Source: an uncultured Chloroflexia bacterium
Lineage (GTDB): Bacteria > Chloroflexota > Anaerolineae > CG2-30-64-16
Direction: 5' to 3'
Length of the DNA: 64,000 nucleotides
Assembly (NCBI GenBank): GCA_963774265.1
Contig: CAVZDU010000002.1
Span: forward strand, 320,001 to 384,000
Below, one piece after another: positions 1 through 8,592 of this stretch. Numbering within the stretch: the first letter of the stretch is position 1; the number at the start of each line of letters is the position of its first letter. The notes under the pieces are model-generated. The model made no database searches. It was not told the DNA's origin and was given only the letters and a program-made list of their open reading frames with translations. A program made the position numbers and the translations under genes.

Positions 1-4
1 AGCG

Positions 5-1558
5 GTGACCGTGGACCGGATGTTGCGGGGAGCAGAGGTTATGGGTGTCCGCAGCCTGTCGAAGTCTGAAACCAATTTCGGCCTTGCGCTTACGCTGGGT
101 GGCGGCGACGTCACGCTGCTCGAACTGACCACGGCGTACAATGTGCTCGCGTCGGATGGCCGCTCGATTGCGCCCGAGCCGATCCTCCAGGCAGTGGACG
201 CGTATGGCCGCCCCGTACTCAATGCGCGGCGACCCCAGGGCGAGCCGCTGCAGGCCGTGAGCTCCAGCACCGCGTTCCTGCTGACCGATATCCTGGCGGA
301 CAACGAAGCTCGGAAGCCGATGTTCGGCGCGAACAGCTCGCTTCTTCTCAGCAAGCCCGCAGCCGCGAAGACCGGCACCACGGACGATTGGCGTGACAAC
401 TGGACCGTCGGCTATACGCGCTTCCTGGTGGCAGGGGCATGGACAGGTAACAGCGACGGTCATCCCATGAAGCGGGTGAGCGGCATCGCGGGCGCCGCGC
501 CCATCTGGCACGAGTTCATGGAGGCGGTGCTAAAGCAGCCGGAGTTGCTGGCCGTCATCGGAGCCGCGGACCCGGCTGATGAGGCGGCCTGGCAGTTCGC
601 GGCGCCCTCGGACGTGGAGCTGCGGGACGTATGCCCCCCGCAGATGAAGTGTCGCCAGGGTGGCGAGTACTTCAGCAAAGCGTGGCTCGATGCGGCCGGC
701 GAGTCGGGTCCATTAGCCGATAGCGTGGCGCAAGTTCCATCCGCGCCCGTGTACGCATCGCGACCCGACTCCGGCCGCTGGACTGCCTATTGCCGTACCG
801 AGCCGGCCGCGGTGCGCGGGTTGCTGAAACTGCCGGGACCGCTGGGGCTGCCGAAGCCGGGCGAGGCAAACGCAGACAGCCTCCCGGTGGCATCGGAAGG
901 TGCGTCACGCCTGGTCTCCTACACCCTGCAGGAGAACCCGGCCGCGCAGCCAACCGGCGCATCACGATCGCCGCGGCAGGTCGACATCCTGAAAGCGGTG
1001 GCGTGGAGCCTGCGCACGCCGACGCCGGTCGATTTAGGACCGTGCGACTCCTTGCAGGAGACCGTGCGGCAGGCGCTGCGGGCCGATCCCAGGCAGGGCG
1101 ACGCTGCGCTATCCGTTTCGGCTGACCTCGACGCGGCCATGAACCCGAACGCAGGACCGGTTGCGGGCAACCTGCCCTCCGCTACAGACAACGCAGTCCC
1201 AGTCATCGGCGCTTCGCCCGGCGAATTCCGCTTTGCGCTCGGTCAAGCCATCCAAAACCATAGCAGTTGCCCCGGTCACTACATCACCGGCTCGGTGCTC
1301 ACCCAGAAGGGCGCGCCCATGGGCGGCGTGCGTATCGTAATGGTCGACGAATGGGGCAACCGCGCCGAGGCAGTTAGCAAGACCGGTGCGTCCGATGCCG
1401 GGCAATACGACTTCCCCGTCAATAGCTTCGCCAACAGTTACACACTCACCATTGTGGACAACAACGGCATCCCCATTAGTGCGCCGGTCACCATCGAACA
1501 CCTCCAGGGCTACGGCGGTGATTCTCCGTGCCATACGGTCGTGTGGCAAGCATATTGA
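5..1558 (+). CDS. Class A penicillin-binding protein (PBP1A/1C-like), C-terminal part, with Cys-containing C-terminal extension; truncated by left window edge
   Basis: Transpeptidase motifs 'GLALTLGGGDVTLLELTTAY' and 'AAAKTGTTDDWRDNWTVGY' (KTG triad); C-terminal beta-sandwich-like 'ITGSVL...GVRIVMVDEWGN...GQYDF'. Confidence 0.85.
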   Translation: MTVDRMLRGAEVMGVRSLSKSETNFGLALTLGGGDVTLLELTTAYNVLASDGRSIAPEPILQAVDAYGRPVLNARRPQGEPLQAVSSSTAFLLTDILADNEARKPMFGANSSLLLSKPAAAKTGTTDDWRDNWTVGYTRFLVAGAWTGNSDGHPMKRVSGIAGAAPIWHEFMEAVLKQPELLAVIGAADPADEAAWQFAAPSDVELRDVCPPQMKCRQGGEYFSKAWLDAAGESGPLADSVAQVPSAPVYASRPDSGRWTAYCRTEPAAVRGLLKLPGPLGLPKPGEANADSLPVASEGASRLVSYTLQENPAAQPTGASRSPRQVDILKAVAWSLRTPTPVDLGPCDSLQETVRQALRADPRQGDAALSVSADLDAAMNPNAGPVAGNLPSATDNAVPVIGASPGEFRFALGQAIQNHSSCPGHYITGSVLTQKGAPMGGVRIVMVDEWGNRAEAVSKTGASDAGQYDFPVNSFANSYTLTIVDNNGIPISAPVTIEHLQGYGGDSPCHTVVWQAY

Positions 1559-1586
1559 CACGCAATTCGGGAATCAGAGCGCTCCT

Positions 1587-1615
1587 TTGACTTTTAGGGC
1601 TGTGCGCACTAAACT
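1587..1615 (+). promoter_or_regulatory. Putative sigma70 promoter for fba
   Basis: TTGACT-17 bp-TAAACT upstream of AGGAG RBS. Confidence 0.5.
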
Positions 1616-1677
1616 GACTGCTGCCCCGTCAGAATGCGGGGCATAGTTCTGTCCAGAGACCTCATGAGGAGTCCCAC

Positions 1678-2625
1678 ATGATCGTTACCACCGCTCAATT
1701 ATTTAAGGTCGCCTACGGCAAGTTCGCCATCGGCGCGTACAACATCAACAACATGGAACAGGCGCTGGGCCTGTTTCAGGGCAACATCGCCGCGCAGGCG
1801 CCGTTCATCATCCAGATCTCGAAGGGCGCGCGCAAATACGCCGGCACCCAGATGATTGAAGCAATCATCCGTGCAGCCGAAAAGATGTATCCCGAAGCCA
1901 TTTTCGCGGTCCACCTGGATCATGGGGACGAGGCGACGTGCTACGATTGCATTGATTCCGGCTTCTATTCGTCGGTGATGATCGATGCATCGCACGAGCC
2001 ATTCGAGAAGAACGTCGAGATCACCCGACGCGTCGTCGAAGCGGCGCACGCCAAGGGCCTGTCGGTCGAGTCGGAGTTGGGTATGCTGGGTGGCGTGGAA
2101 GAAGACATCAAGGTCGACGAAAAGAACGCACGGCTTACCGACCCTGCCGAGGCAAAAGCCTTCGTTGAGCAGACCGGCTGCGACAGCCTTGCGGTGGCGA
2201 TGGGTACAAGTCATGGGGCATACAAGTTCAAGGGCCAACAGTCGCTGCACTTTGAGGTCATCGAGGGCATTCAGAAGGTGCTGCCGGGCTACCCGCTCGT
2301 GATGCACGGTTCATCGTCAGTGCCCCAAGAGGAGGTTCTGCGCATCAATGCGGCTGGCGGCGCGCTCGATCCGTCAGCTCGAGGAGTGAATGCGGATGAG
2401 TTGCTGCGTGCTGCGTCGCTGGGTGTGACCAAAATCAACATCGACACCGACGGCCGCCTGGTCTGGACGCGCGTGCACCGCGAATACTTCCGCGACAACC
2501 CGAAGGAATTTGACTTCCGCCCCGTTGGTAAGGCCTTCGTCGCCGCGTACGCGAGCTTCCTCGAGGAGCGATCGAAGAAGTTGGGGTCCGCAGGGCAGTT
2601 GGCCGCAGTGCGGGCCGCGCTCTGA
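1678..2625 (+). CDS. fba: Class II fructose-bisphosphate aldolase
   Basis: 'AVHLDHG', 'SSVMIDASH', 'GTSHGAYK', 'VMHGSS', 'KINIDTD' motifs; RBS GAGGAG. Confidence 0.95.
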   Translation: MIVTTAQLFKVAYGKFAIGAYNINNMEQALGLFQGNIAAQAPFIIQISKGARKYAGTQMIEAIIRAAEKMYPEAIFAVHLDHGDEATCYDCIDSGFYSSVMIDASHEPFEKNVEITRRVVEAAHAKGLSVESELGMLGGVEEDIKVDEKNARLTDPAEAKAFVEQTGCDSLAVAMGTSHGAYKFKGQQSLHFEVIEGIQKVLPGYPLVMHGSSSVPQEEVLRINAAGGALDPSARGVNADELLRAASLGVTKINIDTDGRLVWTRVHREYFRDNPKEFDFRPVGKAFVAAYASFLEERSKKLGSAGQLAAVRAAL

Positions 2626-2655
2626 AACTCGGCCTTCGGATTCCGACCGCAACCC

Positions 2656-2689
2656 AGGCGCCCGGCACGTGCGCAAGTGCCGGGCACCT
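2656..2689. repeat. REP-like palindrome (GTGCC-S-GGCAC family), copy 1, between convergent genes
   Basis: aggcgcccggcac-gtgcgcaa-gtgccgggcacct; same arms at 6263-6295 and 33308-33340. Confidence 0.65.
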
Positions 2690-2699
2690 CTCGGTTACA

Positions 2700-4502
2700 T
2701 CACAGCTGACAATAGAGGTCGATCTTTTCACCAATGACCGCAAGGCTGTTCTCCCAAAAACTGCGGCTGCGGATATCGATGCCGAAGCGGGCAGCCAGAT
2801 CCGCCGCGCGGCCCTCGCCGGTTGATGCGAGCAGATTGATGTAGTCAGGGACGAACGCCGCGCCGCGCTGCTGGTAGATGGCATAAAGGCCCGTGCCAAA
2901 CAACAACCCGAAGGCATACGGATAGTTGTAAAAGGACAGCTCCGTGCGGTAGTAGTGCGGCTTCCAGGTCCACATGTAAGGATGCAGATACCGCTCGTCC
3001 ACCCCATCGCCATATGTGACCACCTGGGCCCGGCGCATGATATCGCACAGGTCGACGGCCGACAGCTCACCTCCCTCCCGCCGCTCGAAAACTTCCTTCT
3101 CGAACAAGTAGCGCGAGTAGATGTCGACAATTACCTGCGCGTCGCCGATCAGCGATGTCTCCAGGATGTTGAGTTGCTCCGCGGGATCGGTCGTCTCAGC
3201 CAACACGGCCTGCATCACCACGGTCTCGCACATGATCGATGCAGTCTCGGCCAGAACCATCGGTGTGTCGCTCTGGAGCGGAGTCTTGCCTGCGACAAAG
3301 TGACACTCGTTGTGGAACGCATGACCCAGCTCGTGCGCGAGGGTGGACACCTGGTCCAACGAACCGTCGAAGTTGCTCAACACACGCGATTCGCGTGGGG
3401 CCCAGACCTTCATGCAGAACGCACCGCCCCGCTTGCCCTCTCGCTGCTCCGCGTCAATCCAGCCGCCATCAAACGCGCGCCGCGCCAGGTCCTCCAATTT
3501 GGGCGAAAAAGAGCCGAAGTGCTTCAGAATGAAGCAGCGCGCCTCATCGAACGTGTAGACCATCTTGCTCTCGCCGGCAGGCGCCCACAAGTCCCACCAT
3601 GCCAACCGCTCCTTGCCCAGCCGCTTTGCCTTCTTGTGCCAGTACTTGCGGAAGGTTGGGAAGGAATCGACCATCGCGCCAAGCATCGCGTCCAGCGTCT
3701 GCCGGTCAATTCGCGATTCGTCTACCGGCGCATGAAGCGCATCGGTCCGCCCCCGGCGGCGGTTCAGCGTATTGGCCGTACCCTTGATGCCGTTCATACA
3801 TGCTGCCAATGGCTCGCGGGCGGAAGCGAGGAGCGCGATCTCCGCATCGTAGGCGCGATGGCGCACCTCTTCCGACGGATGCGAATGCAGATTGATCAGC
3901 GCGGGAAGTGGCAGCCTGGTGACTTCGCCATCAAGCTCAAGCTCCGTGGTCAGCTGCGAAGTGATGACGCCTTGAAGGTTGCCCCACAGGTTCGTGCTGC
4001 TGAGGGAAAGTTCTGCGGCCAACCCTTCAAGCGCTTCGGGCATGAGGTATTTGCTCTGGTCGACCATTTCAGTCAACGCAAACGCATGTGTTGCGGCAAT
4101 CTCATCTTCCGCAAGCAATTGGTCGAGCACCGGAGCCAGCTTGCCCATCAGGGCCCGGAAACGCGTGCCGAGTTGCTTGAGCCGCACACTGACCAGGTCC
4201 AGTTCGGACTCCAGCCGTCGAGCCACAGTATCGCGGGAATCCGTGGCGACAAATGAAGTCATGTACGGCCTGAGAGTGCCGGCCTGATCGTACAAGCTGT
4301 TGAACCGCCGGATAACATCGCCGACCAGCAGCGCACATGCGGCGGGTTGAGCGCCGGGACTGAGGTTGGCAACGCGCTCGTCGAACAGGCTCTCCAGCGC
4401 GCTCACCTGCTGTTCGTAGCACGTCATCGCGGCGGTGAACTCAGCAGACTGCAGGCCCGGGTAGACGTTGGAGAGGTCCCAGCGCGGGGGATTGGTGAAC
4501 AT
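2700..4502 (-). CDS. pepF: M3 family oligoendopeptidase (PepF-like)
   Basis: HExxH 'TLAHELGHAFH', 'GKRGGAFC', 'LAETAS', 'FYNYPYAFG'; start at 4502 (MFTNPPRWDLS) after AAGGAG. Confidence 0.9.
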   Translation of the reverse strand: MFTNPPRWDLSNVYPGLQSAEFTAAMTCYEQQVSALESLFDERVANLSPGAQPAACALLVGDVIRRFNSLYDQAGTLRPYMTSFVATDSRDTVARRLESELDLVSVRLKQLGTRFRALMGKLAPVLDQLLAEDEIAATHAFALTEMVDQSKYLMPEALEGLAAELSLSSTNLWGNLQGVITSQLTTELELDGEVTRLPLPALINLHSHPSEEVRHRAYDAEIALLASAREPLAACMNGIKGTANTLNRRRGRTDALHAPVDESRIDRQTLDAMLGAMVDSFPTFRKYWHKKAKRLGKERLAWWDLWAPAGESKMVYTFDEARCFILKHFGSFSPKLEDLARRAFDGGWIDAEQREGKRGGAFCMKVWAPRESRVLSNFDGSLDQVSTLAHELGHAFHNECHFVAGKTPLQSDTPMVLAETASIMCETVVMQAVLAETTDPAEQLNILETSLIGDAQVIVDIYSRYLFEKEVFERREGGELSAVDLCDIMRRAQVVTYGDGVDERYLHPYMWTWKPHYYRTELSFYNYPYAFGLLFGTGLYAIYQQRGAAFVPDYINLLASTGEGRAADLAARFGIDIRSRSFWENSLAVIGEKIDLYCQL

Positions 4503-4575
4503 GCCTGGCTCCTTTTGCACGAGATGCTGATGTAACCCCACCATTATACGCGCTTCGCTGCGGCAAGTCACAACC

Positions 4576-5127
4576 CTAGTGCAGACGCTTCCGCGGCAGA
4601 AACGCCCAGGCCAGCACACCCACTCCAGCAGCGATGATCAACACCGGGACGGCGACCCGCCCGATCGGTCCGCTGCGCAGGCCGTTGAGGTTCAGGATCA
4701 GCTCGAAGAGAATCACAAAGAAGAGGAAGATCACGATCCCGATCCCGGCCAGTGCAGAGCCCGCTCGCACCGCCTTCTGATCTTCTCCCCACATGCCAGC
4801 AACGGCAATGCCAATGCCGACTGCAGTGGGAGCAATCAACGCCCAGGCATACGCCCATGTCGACCAGAGCCCAGCCAGGTTCTGTATGAAAAGAATGACG
4901 CCGGCCATCGTGATGATGCTGCCGGGGACAGCGAGCGGCGCGCCGGGCTTACCGATGACGACCATCCCCACGAAGAAAAGCAGCCCGGGAATGATAATGA
5001 AAAACGGCCACAGTGTGCCCCAGATATTGATGCGCAAGATGGTCCCAAGCAGAAAGAGCACGCCGAAGGCGACCAGTCCCAGCCCGATTGCCAGGGTTGC
5101 TATGCTATGAATGCGGTCAGCTTTCAC
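4576..5127 (-). CDS. Multi-pass membrane protein (LiaF/LiaI-like TM region)
   Basis: About 6 hydrophobic segments with 'LWPFFIIIPG' motif; GTG start at 5127 after AAGGAG. Confidence 0.65.
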   Translation of the reverse strand: MKADRIHSIATLAIGLGLVAFGVLFLLGTILRINIWGTLWPFFIIIPGLLFFVGMVVIGKPGAPLAVPGSIITMAGVILFIQNLAGLWSTWAYAWALIAPTAVGIGIAVAGMWGEDQKAVRAGSALAGIGIVIFLFFVILFELILNLNGLRSGPIGRVAVPVLIIAAGVGVLAWAFLPRKRLH

Positions 5128-5343
5128 TGGATGACTCCTTGGTGCATATAGCCTGCACCCTTCTCTACGAGGTGAGAGCCGATTTTGTTGCGAGGAAAGG
5201 GAAAGAGGATGTGTGTGACGAATCACATGGCGTCAGCTGCCAAATCCTTGGGATGCGTGATATAGCGGCAACCCATCCATCTTTGGGGTATGGAATGGGA
5301 AGCACTATACTCTGGGACAGTCGCTTTCGTTGGGAGAATTGTA

Positions 5344-6240
5344 TTGAAGAAGAACGGGACGCTGAGTGCGTTTTTGGCTTACGCCATGTGGGGTGTACTG
5401 CCGCTCTATTGGAAGGGCTTGCACCAGCTGCCGGCCACGGAGATCCTGGCTCACCGCATCGTGTGGTCGCTGGTCTTTATCGCTGGGGTGCTGCTGGTCA
5501 CGCGGCGATGGGGTTGGTTGGCCGATGTGGTGCGGCGGCCCGGGGGCTATCTGCGCTTTGTCGCCACCGCGCTGATCCTCGCAGTCAATTACGGCGTCTA
5601 TCTGTGGGCTAACAACAGCGGCCACCTCGTCGAGGCCAGCCTGGGCTATTTCATCAACCCGCTGGTCAACGTGCTGTTGGGCATGATCTTCCTGCGAGAG
5701 CGGCTGCGGCCCGGCCAAACCGTGGCCATCGTCATCGCGCTGCTCGGCGTAGCCTATCTGACCTTCAGCTATGGCCGGCTCCCGTGGATCGCGCTGACAC
5801 TGGCGCTCACATTCGGCGTGTACGGGCTCCTTCGCAAGACCGCAACCCTCGGGTCCATCGAGGGGCTCACGCTGGAGATGGCGCTTCTCTTCGTGCCCTC
5901 GGTGGCGCTGCTCACTGTACTCGGCATACAGGGTGTTGGCGCATTCGGCCAATCTGATGCGAGGACGACCCTCCTGATGCTCGGCGCGGGTGCAGCCACG
6001 GCCATCCCGATGATCTTTTTCACGTTCGGCGCGCGCCGCGTGACAATGACGACGCTCGGCATCCTCCAGTACATTGCTCCGACGCTTCAGTTCATGATCG
6101 GCGTTTTCGCATTTGGGGAGGGCTTCGACCAAAGCCGTCTCATCGGCTTTGTCATGATCTGGATCGCACTCGCGATTTACTGGATCGAAGGGTACAGCGT
6201 GTATCGGAGGCGGAATGGGACGCTGATCGAACGAATCTGA
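5344..6240 (+). CDS. rarD: EamA/DMT transporter RarD
   Basis: 'AYAMWGVLPLYWK', 'EASLGYFINPL', 'GILQYIAPTLQF' RarD signatures; probable TTG start after GGAG. Confidence 0.9.
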   Translation: MKKNGTLSAFLAYAMWGVLPLYWKGLHQLPATEILAHRIVWSLVFIAGVLLVTRRWGWLADVVRRPGGYLRFVATALILAVNYGVYLWANNSGHLVEASLGYFINPLVNVLLGMIFLRERLRPGQTVAIVIALLGVAYLTFSYGRLPWIALTLALTFGVYGLLRKTATLGSIEGLTLEMALLFVPSVALLTVLGIQGVGAFGQSDARTTLLMLGAGAATAIPMIFFTFGARRVTMTTLGILQYIAPTLQFMIGVFAFGEGFDQSRLIGFVMIWIALAIYWIEGYSVYRRRNGTLIERI

Positions 6241-6262
6241 CTGAAGGACAATCGCCTCAAAG

Positions 6263-6295
6263 ACGAGCCGGGCACTTTCGAAGCGCCCGGCTCGT
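6263..6295. repeat. REP-like palindrome copy 2 / bidirectional terminator
   Basis: acgagccgggcac-tttcgaa-gcgcccggctcgt between convergent rarD and tnaA. Confidence 0.6.
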
Positions 6296-6327
6296 GGTGA
6301 CAATCAGTTGAAGCTGCGTCCTATCCT

Positions 6328-7773
6328 CTACATTTCCACGCCGTATTCCGCTTTGAACGCGGCCGCCAGTTCTTCGGCCCAGCCATCAACCGGCGCAAGG
6401 CGTCCAAAGAAGAAACGCAGCACCGGCGGCTCATGGACGAACCTCAGACCGCGGACCAACTCGCGGTGGCGATACAGCCATGCGATGCGATCGACCGCGT
6501 ACTCGATGTGCGACATTGTATACGTTCGCCGCGGCACGGCCAACCGCGCCAGCTCCAGGTCAGCCAACATCTCTTTTCCGTCGCGGTCACGGTCAGTCGA
6601 GATGGTCCCACGCTCCATGCTGCGCACGCCCGAGGCCAGGTAGATGGCCGCGGCCAACGCGCCGGCCGGATATTGCGTCTGCGGGATGTGAGGGACAAAT
6701 CGCGTCGCATCGACGTGACAGGCCAGCCCGCCCGCGGGCGTCACAACCGGCACCCCCTCCTCTGCCAGCCGCTCGACGAAGTAGCGAACGAATTCAGCGC
6801 CGCTGCCGGCGACCATGGGGTCGCACATTTCGCGCAGCCCCACCGCCATCGCCTCGATCTCTTTGGTCGACATGCCGCCATAGGTCGCGAACCCCTCATA
6901 CACCGGCAGCCAGAACAGGATATCATTATAGTATTTATCGTCGTTCGTGGCGATCAGACCCCCGCGCACTGCAGCGGACTTACGGCCAGACAGGTAGAGG
7001 ATATCGACGTAGGCCATCATCTGCTGGATGATCTCCGCGATGGAGGATCCCTGGCACCCGGGCTCACGCTCACGAACCAGGAACGCATTCTCAGAGATCA
7101 AACTGGCATCGAAAACGAGCGGGATCTTGTGGCGGGAGGCAATCTCTTTGACCCCGCGCAGGTTGTCCATGGAGAAGGGTTGACCGCCGATGAGGTTGGT
7201 GGTCGCTTCCATACGGATGAAGCCGACGTTCTCTGCGCCCACTCTGTCGATCGCGGCCTGCAGGCGACCGAGGTCCATGTTGCCCTTGAATGGCTCAGCC
7301 GAGTCGGTATTGAGTGCTTCGTCGCCGAACAGTTCCAGCACCGTGCCACCAGCCAGCTCCACGTGTGCGCGGGTCGTCGTGAAATGATAATTCATAATGG
7401 CGTAGCTGCCGGGCTTGATGAAGACCTTGGCGAGCAGATGCTCGGCCGCGCGGCCCTGATGGACGGGCAGCGTGTGCTTGAACCCAAAAACGTCGCTCAC
7501 TGCATCGGCAAGCCGGTAGAAACTCTCGCTGCCCGCATACGCGTCATCGGCAACCATCATCGCGGCGAGCTGATTGTCGCTCATCGCGTTGGTGCCGCTG
7601 TCGGTCAGCATGTCGAGGAAGACGTCGCGGGTGCGCAGAAGGAAGGTGTTGTAGCCGGCATCGCCCATGGCAGCCAGCCGCCGATCAATCGGGGGCAGAT
7701 CGGTGCGTTGCACGATTTTGACCTTGTGCGCCTCCACCGGGATCTGTTTGCCGTTGCTCAGTCGAACGTACAT
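6328..7773 (-). CDS. tnaA: Tryptophanase / tyrosine phenol-lyase family PLP beta-eliminating lyase
   Basis: 'AGYNTFLL...DMLTDSGTNAMS', 'HQGRAAEH', PLP-Lys region 'LSGRKS..VRGG', 'YEGFATYGGM', 'RLAVPRRTYT', 'LRFF'; ATG at 7773 after GGAGGA. Confidence 0.88.
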   Translation of the reverse strand: MYVRLSNGKQIPVEAHKVKIVQRTDLPPIDRRLAAMGDAGYNTFLLRTRDVFLDMLTDSGTNAMSDNQLAAMMVADDAYAGSESFYRLADAVSDVFGFKHTLPVHQGRAAEHLLAKVFIKPGSYAIMNYHFTTTRAHVELAGGTVLELFGDEALNTDSAEPFKGNMDLGRLQAAIDRVGAENVGFIRMEATTNLIGGQPFSMDNLRGVKEIASRHKIPLVFDASLISENAFLVREREPGCQGSSIAEIIQQMMAYVDILYLSGRKSAAVRGGLIATNDDKYYNDILFWLPVYEGFATYGGMSTKEIEAMAVGLREMCDPMVAGSGAEFVRYFVERLAEEGVPVVTPAGGLACHVDATRFVPHIPQTQYPAGALAAAIYLASGVRSMERGTISTDRDRDGKEMLADLELARLAVPRRTYTMSHIEYAVDRIAWLYRHRELVRGLRFVHEPPVLRFFFGRLAPVDGWAEELAAAFKAEYGVEM

Positions 7774-8160
7774 ACTCTGGTCCTCCATACTGAGTGATAG
7801 GCCAGGTCGACAAGCGTCGGGCACAACGAGGTTTAGAGCGGGGCTGCCTGGAGCTGCGCGAGGGCGCCGGTCCATTTGCGGACCGGGTAGCGAAATCAGC
7901 GTCGGGCAACACATCCGTCTGGACCACTTCTGGCTGTGTACGACTCGACGCTGAGGCCTGGTGAGGTGATTAGCCTGCCACGGGGCAGGTTGTGATGCGG
8001 TAGTGCAGTATAGGCCAGATCGTATGGAATGGGCAAGTTGCCAACTTCAGGGTGCGCCCGCGCGTCGCTATGGGACAAAAATCGCTGTGCGATGGGGCTC
8101 CCATGATATAATTCGACAAAGGTAAGCGGTTGAGGCTGATTCTTCCACTGAGGTGAACGC

Positions 8161-8535
8161 GTGGCACGCATCGAACTAACGAGCCAACACCCGCGCATGA
8201 CGCGGGAGGCGCGGACGATTGAGGCGATGATATCCATCTATTGTCACGATAAGCACGGGACGCCCGGCGAGGTGTTGTGCGACGAATGCACGAGACTGGT
8301 GAAATATGCAGGGCTGCGCCTGGAAAAGTGCCCGTACCAGGAGCACAAGACGACGTGCGTGAAGTGCCCCACGCATTGTTACAAGCCCGACCTGCGTGCA
8401 GAAGTGCGCGAGGTTATGCGATACGCAGGGCCTCGCATGATGAGGAAGCATCCCTTTCTGGCCCTTATGCACCTGTTGGTCGATGGCCGCCGCGGGACGC
8501 CGACACGCGCCGCCAAAACGCAGAACGCATCCTGA
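8161..8535 (+). CDS. YgbA-family (nitrous oxide-stimulated promoter) Cys-rich protein
   Basis: 'RE..TIEAMI..YC...H...C.EC...YA..RL.KCP....K..C..C..HCY...MRYAGPRM...HP' pattern. Confidence 0.85.
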   Translation: MARIELTSQHPRMTREARTIEAMISIYCHDKHGTPGEVLCDECTRLVKYAGLRLEKCPYQEHKTTCVKCPTHCYKPDLRAEVREVMRYAGPRMMRKHPFLALMHLLVDGRRGTPTRAAKTQNAS

Positions 8536-8592
8536 AAAACATCGCCGCCTCGTTCATTTGCCGCTTCCGTCCATCGCCCCTATCATGGCCCC

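Noticed and set aside
5214-5227. TGTGA-CGAA-TCACA as a CRP/Rex site
   Set aside because: Spacer is 4 bp rather than 6; single occurrence, cannot assign.
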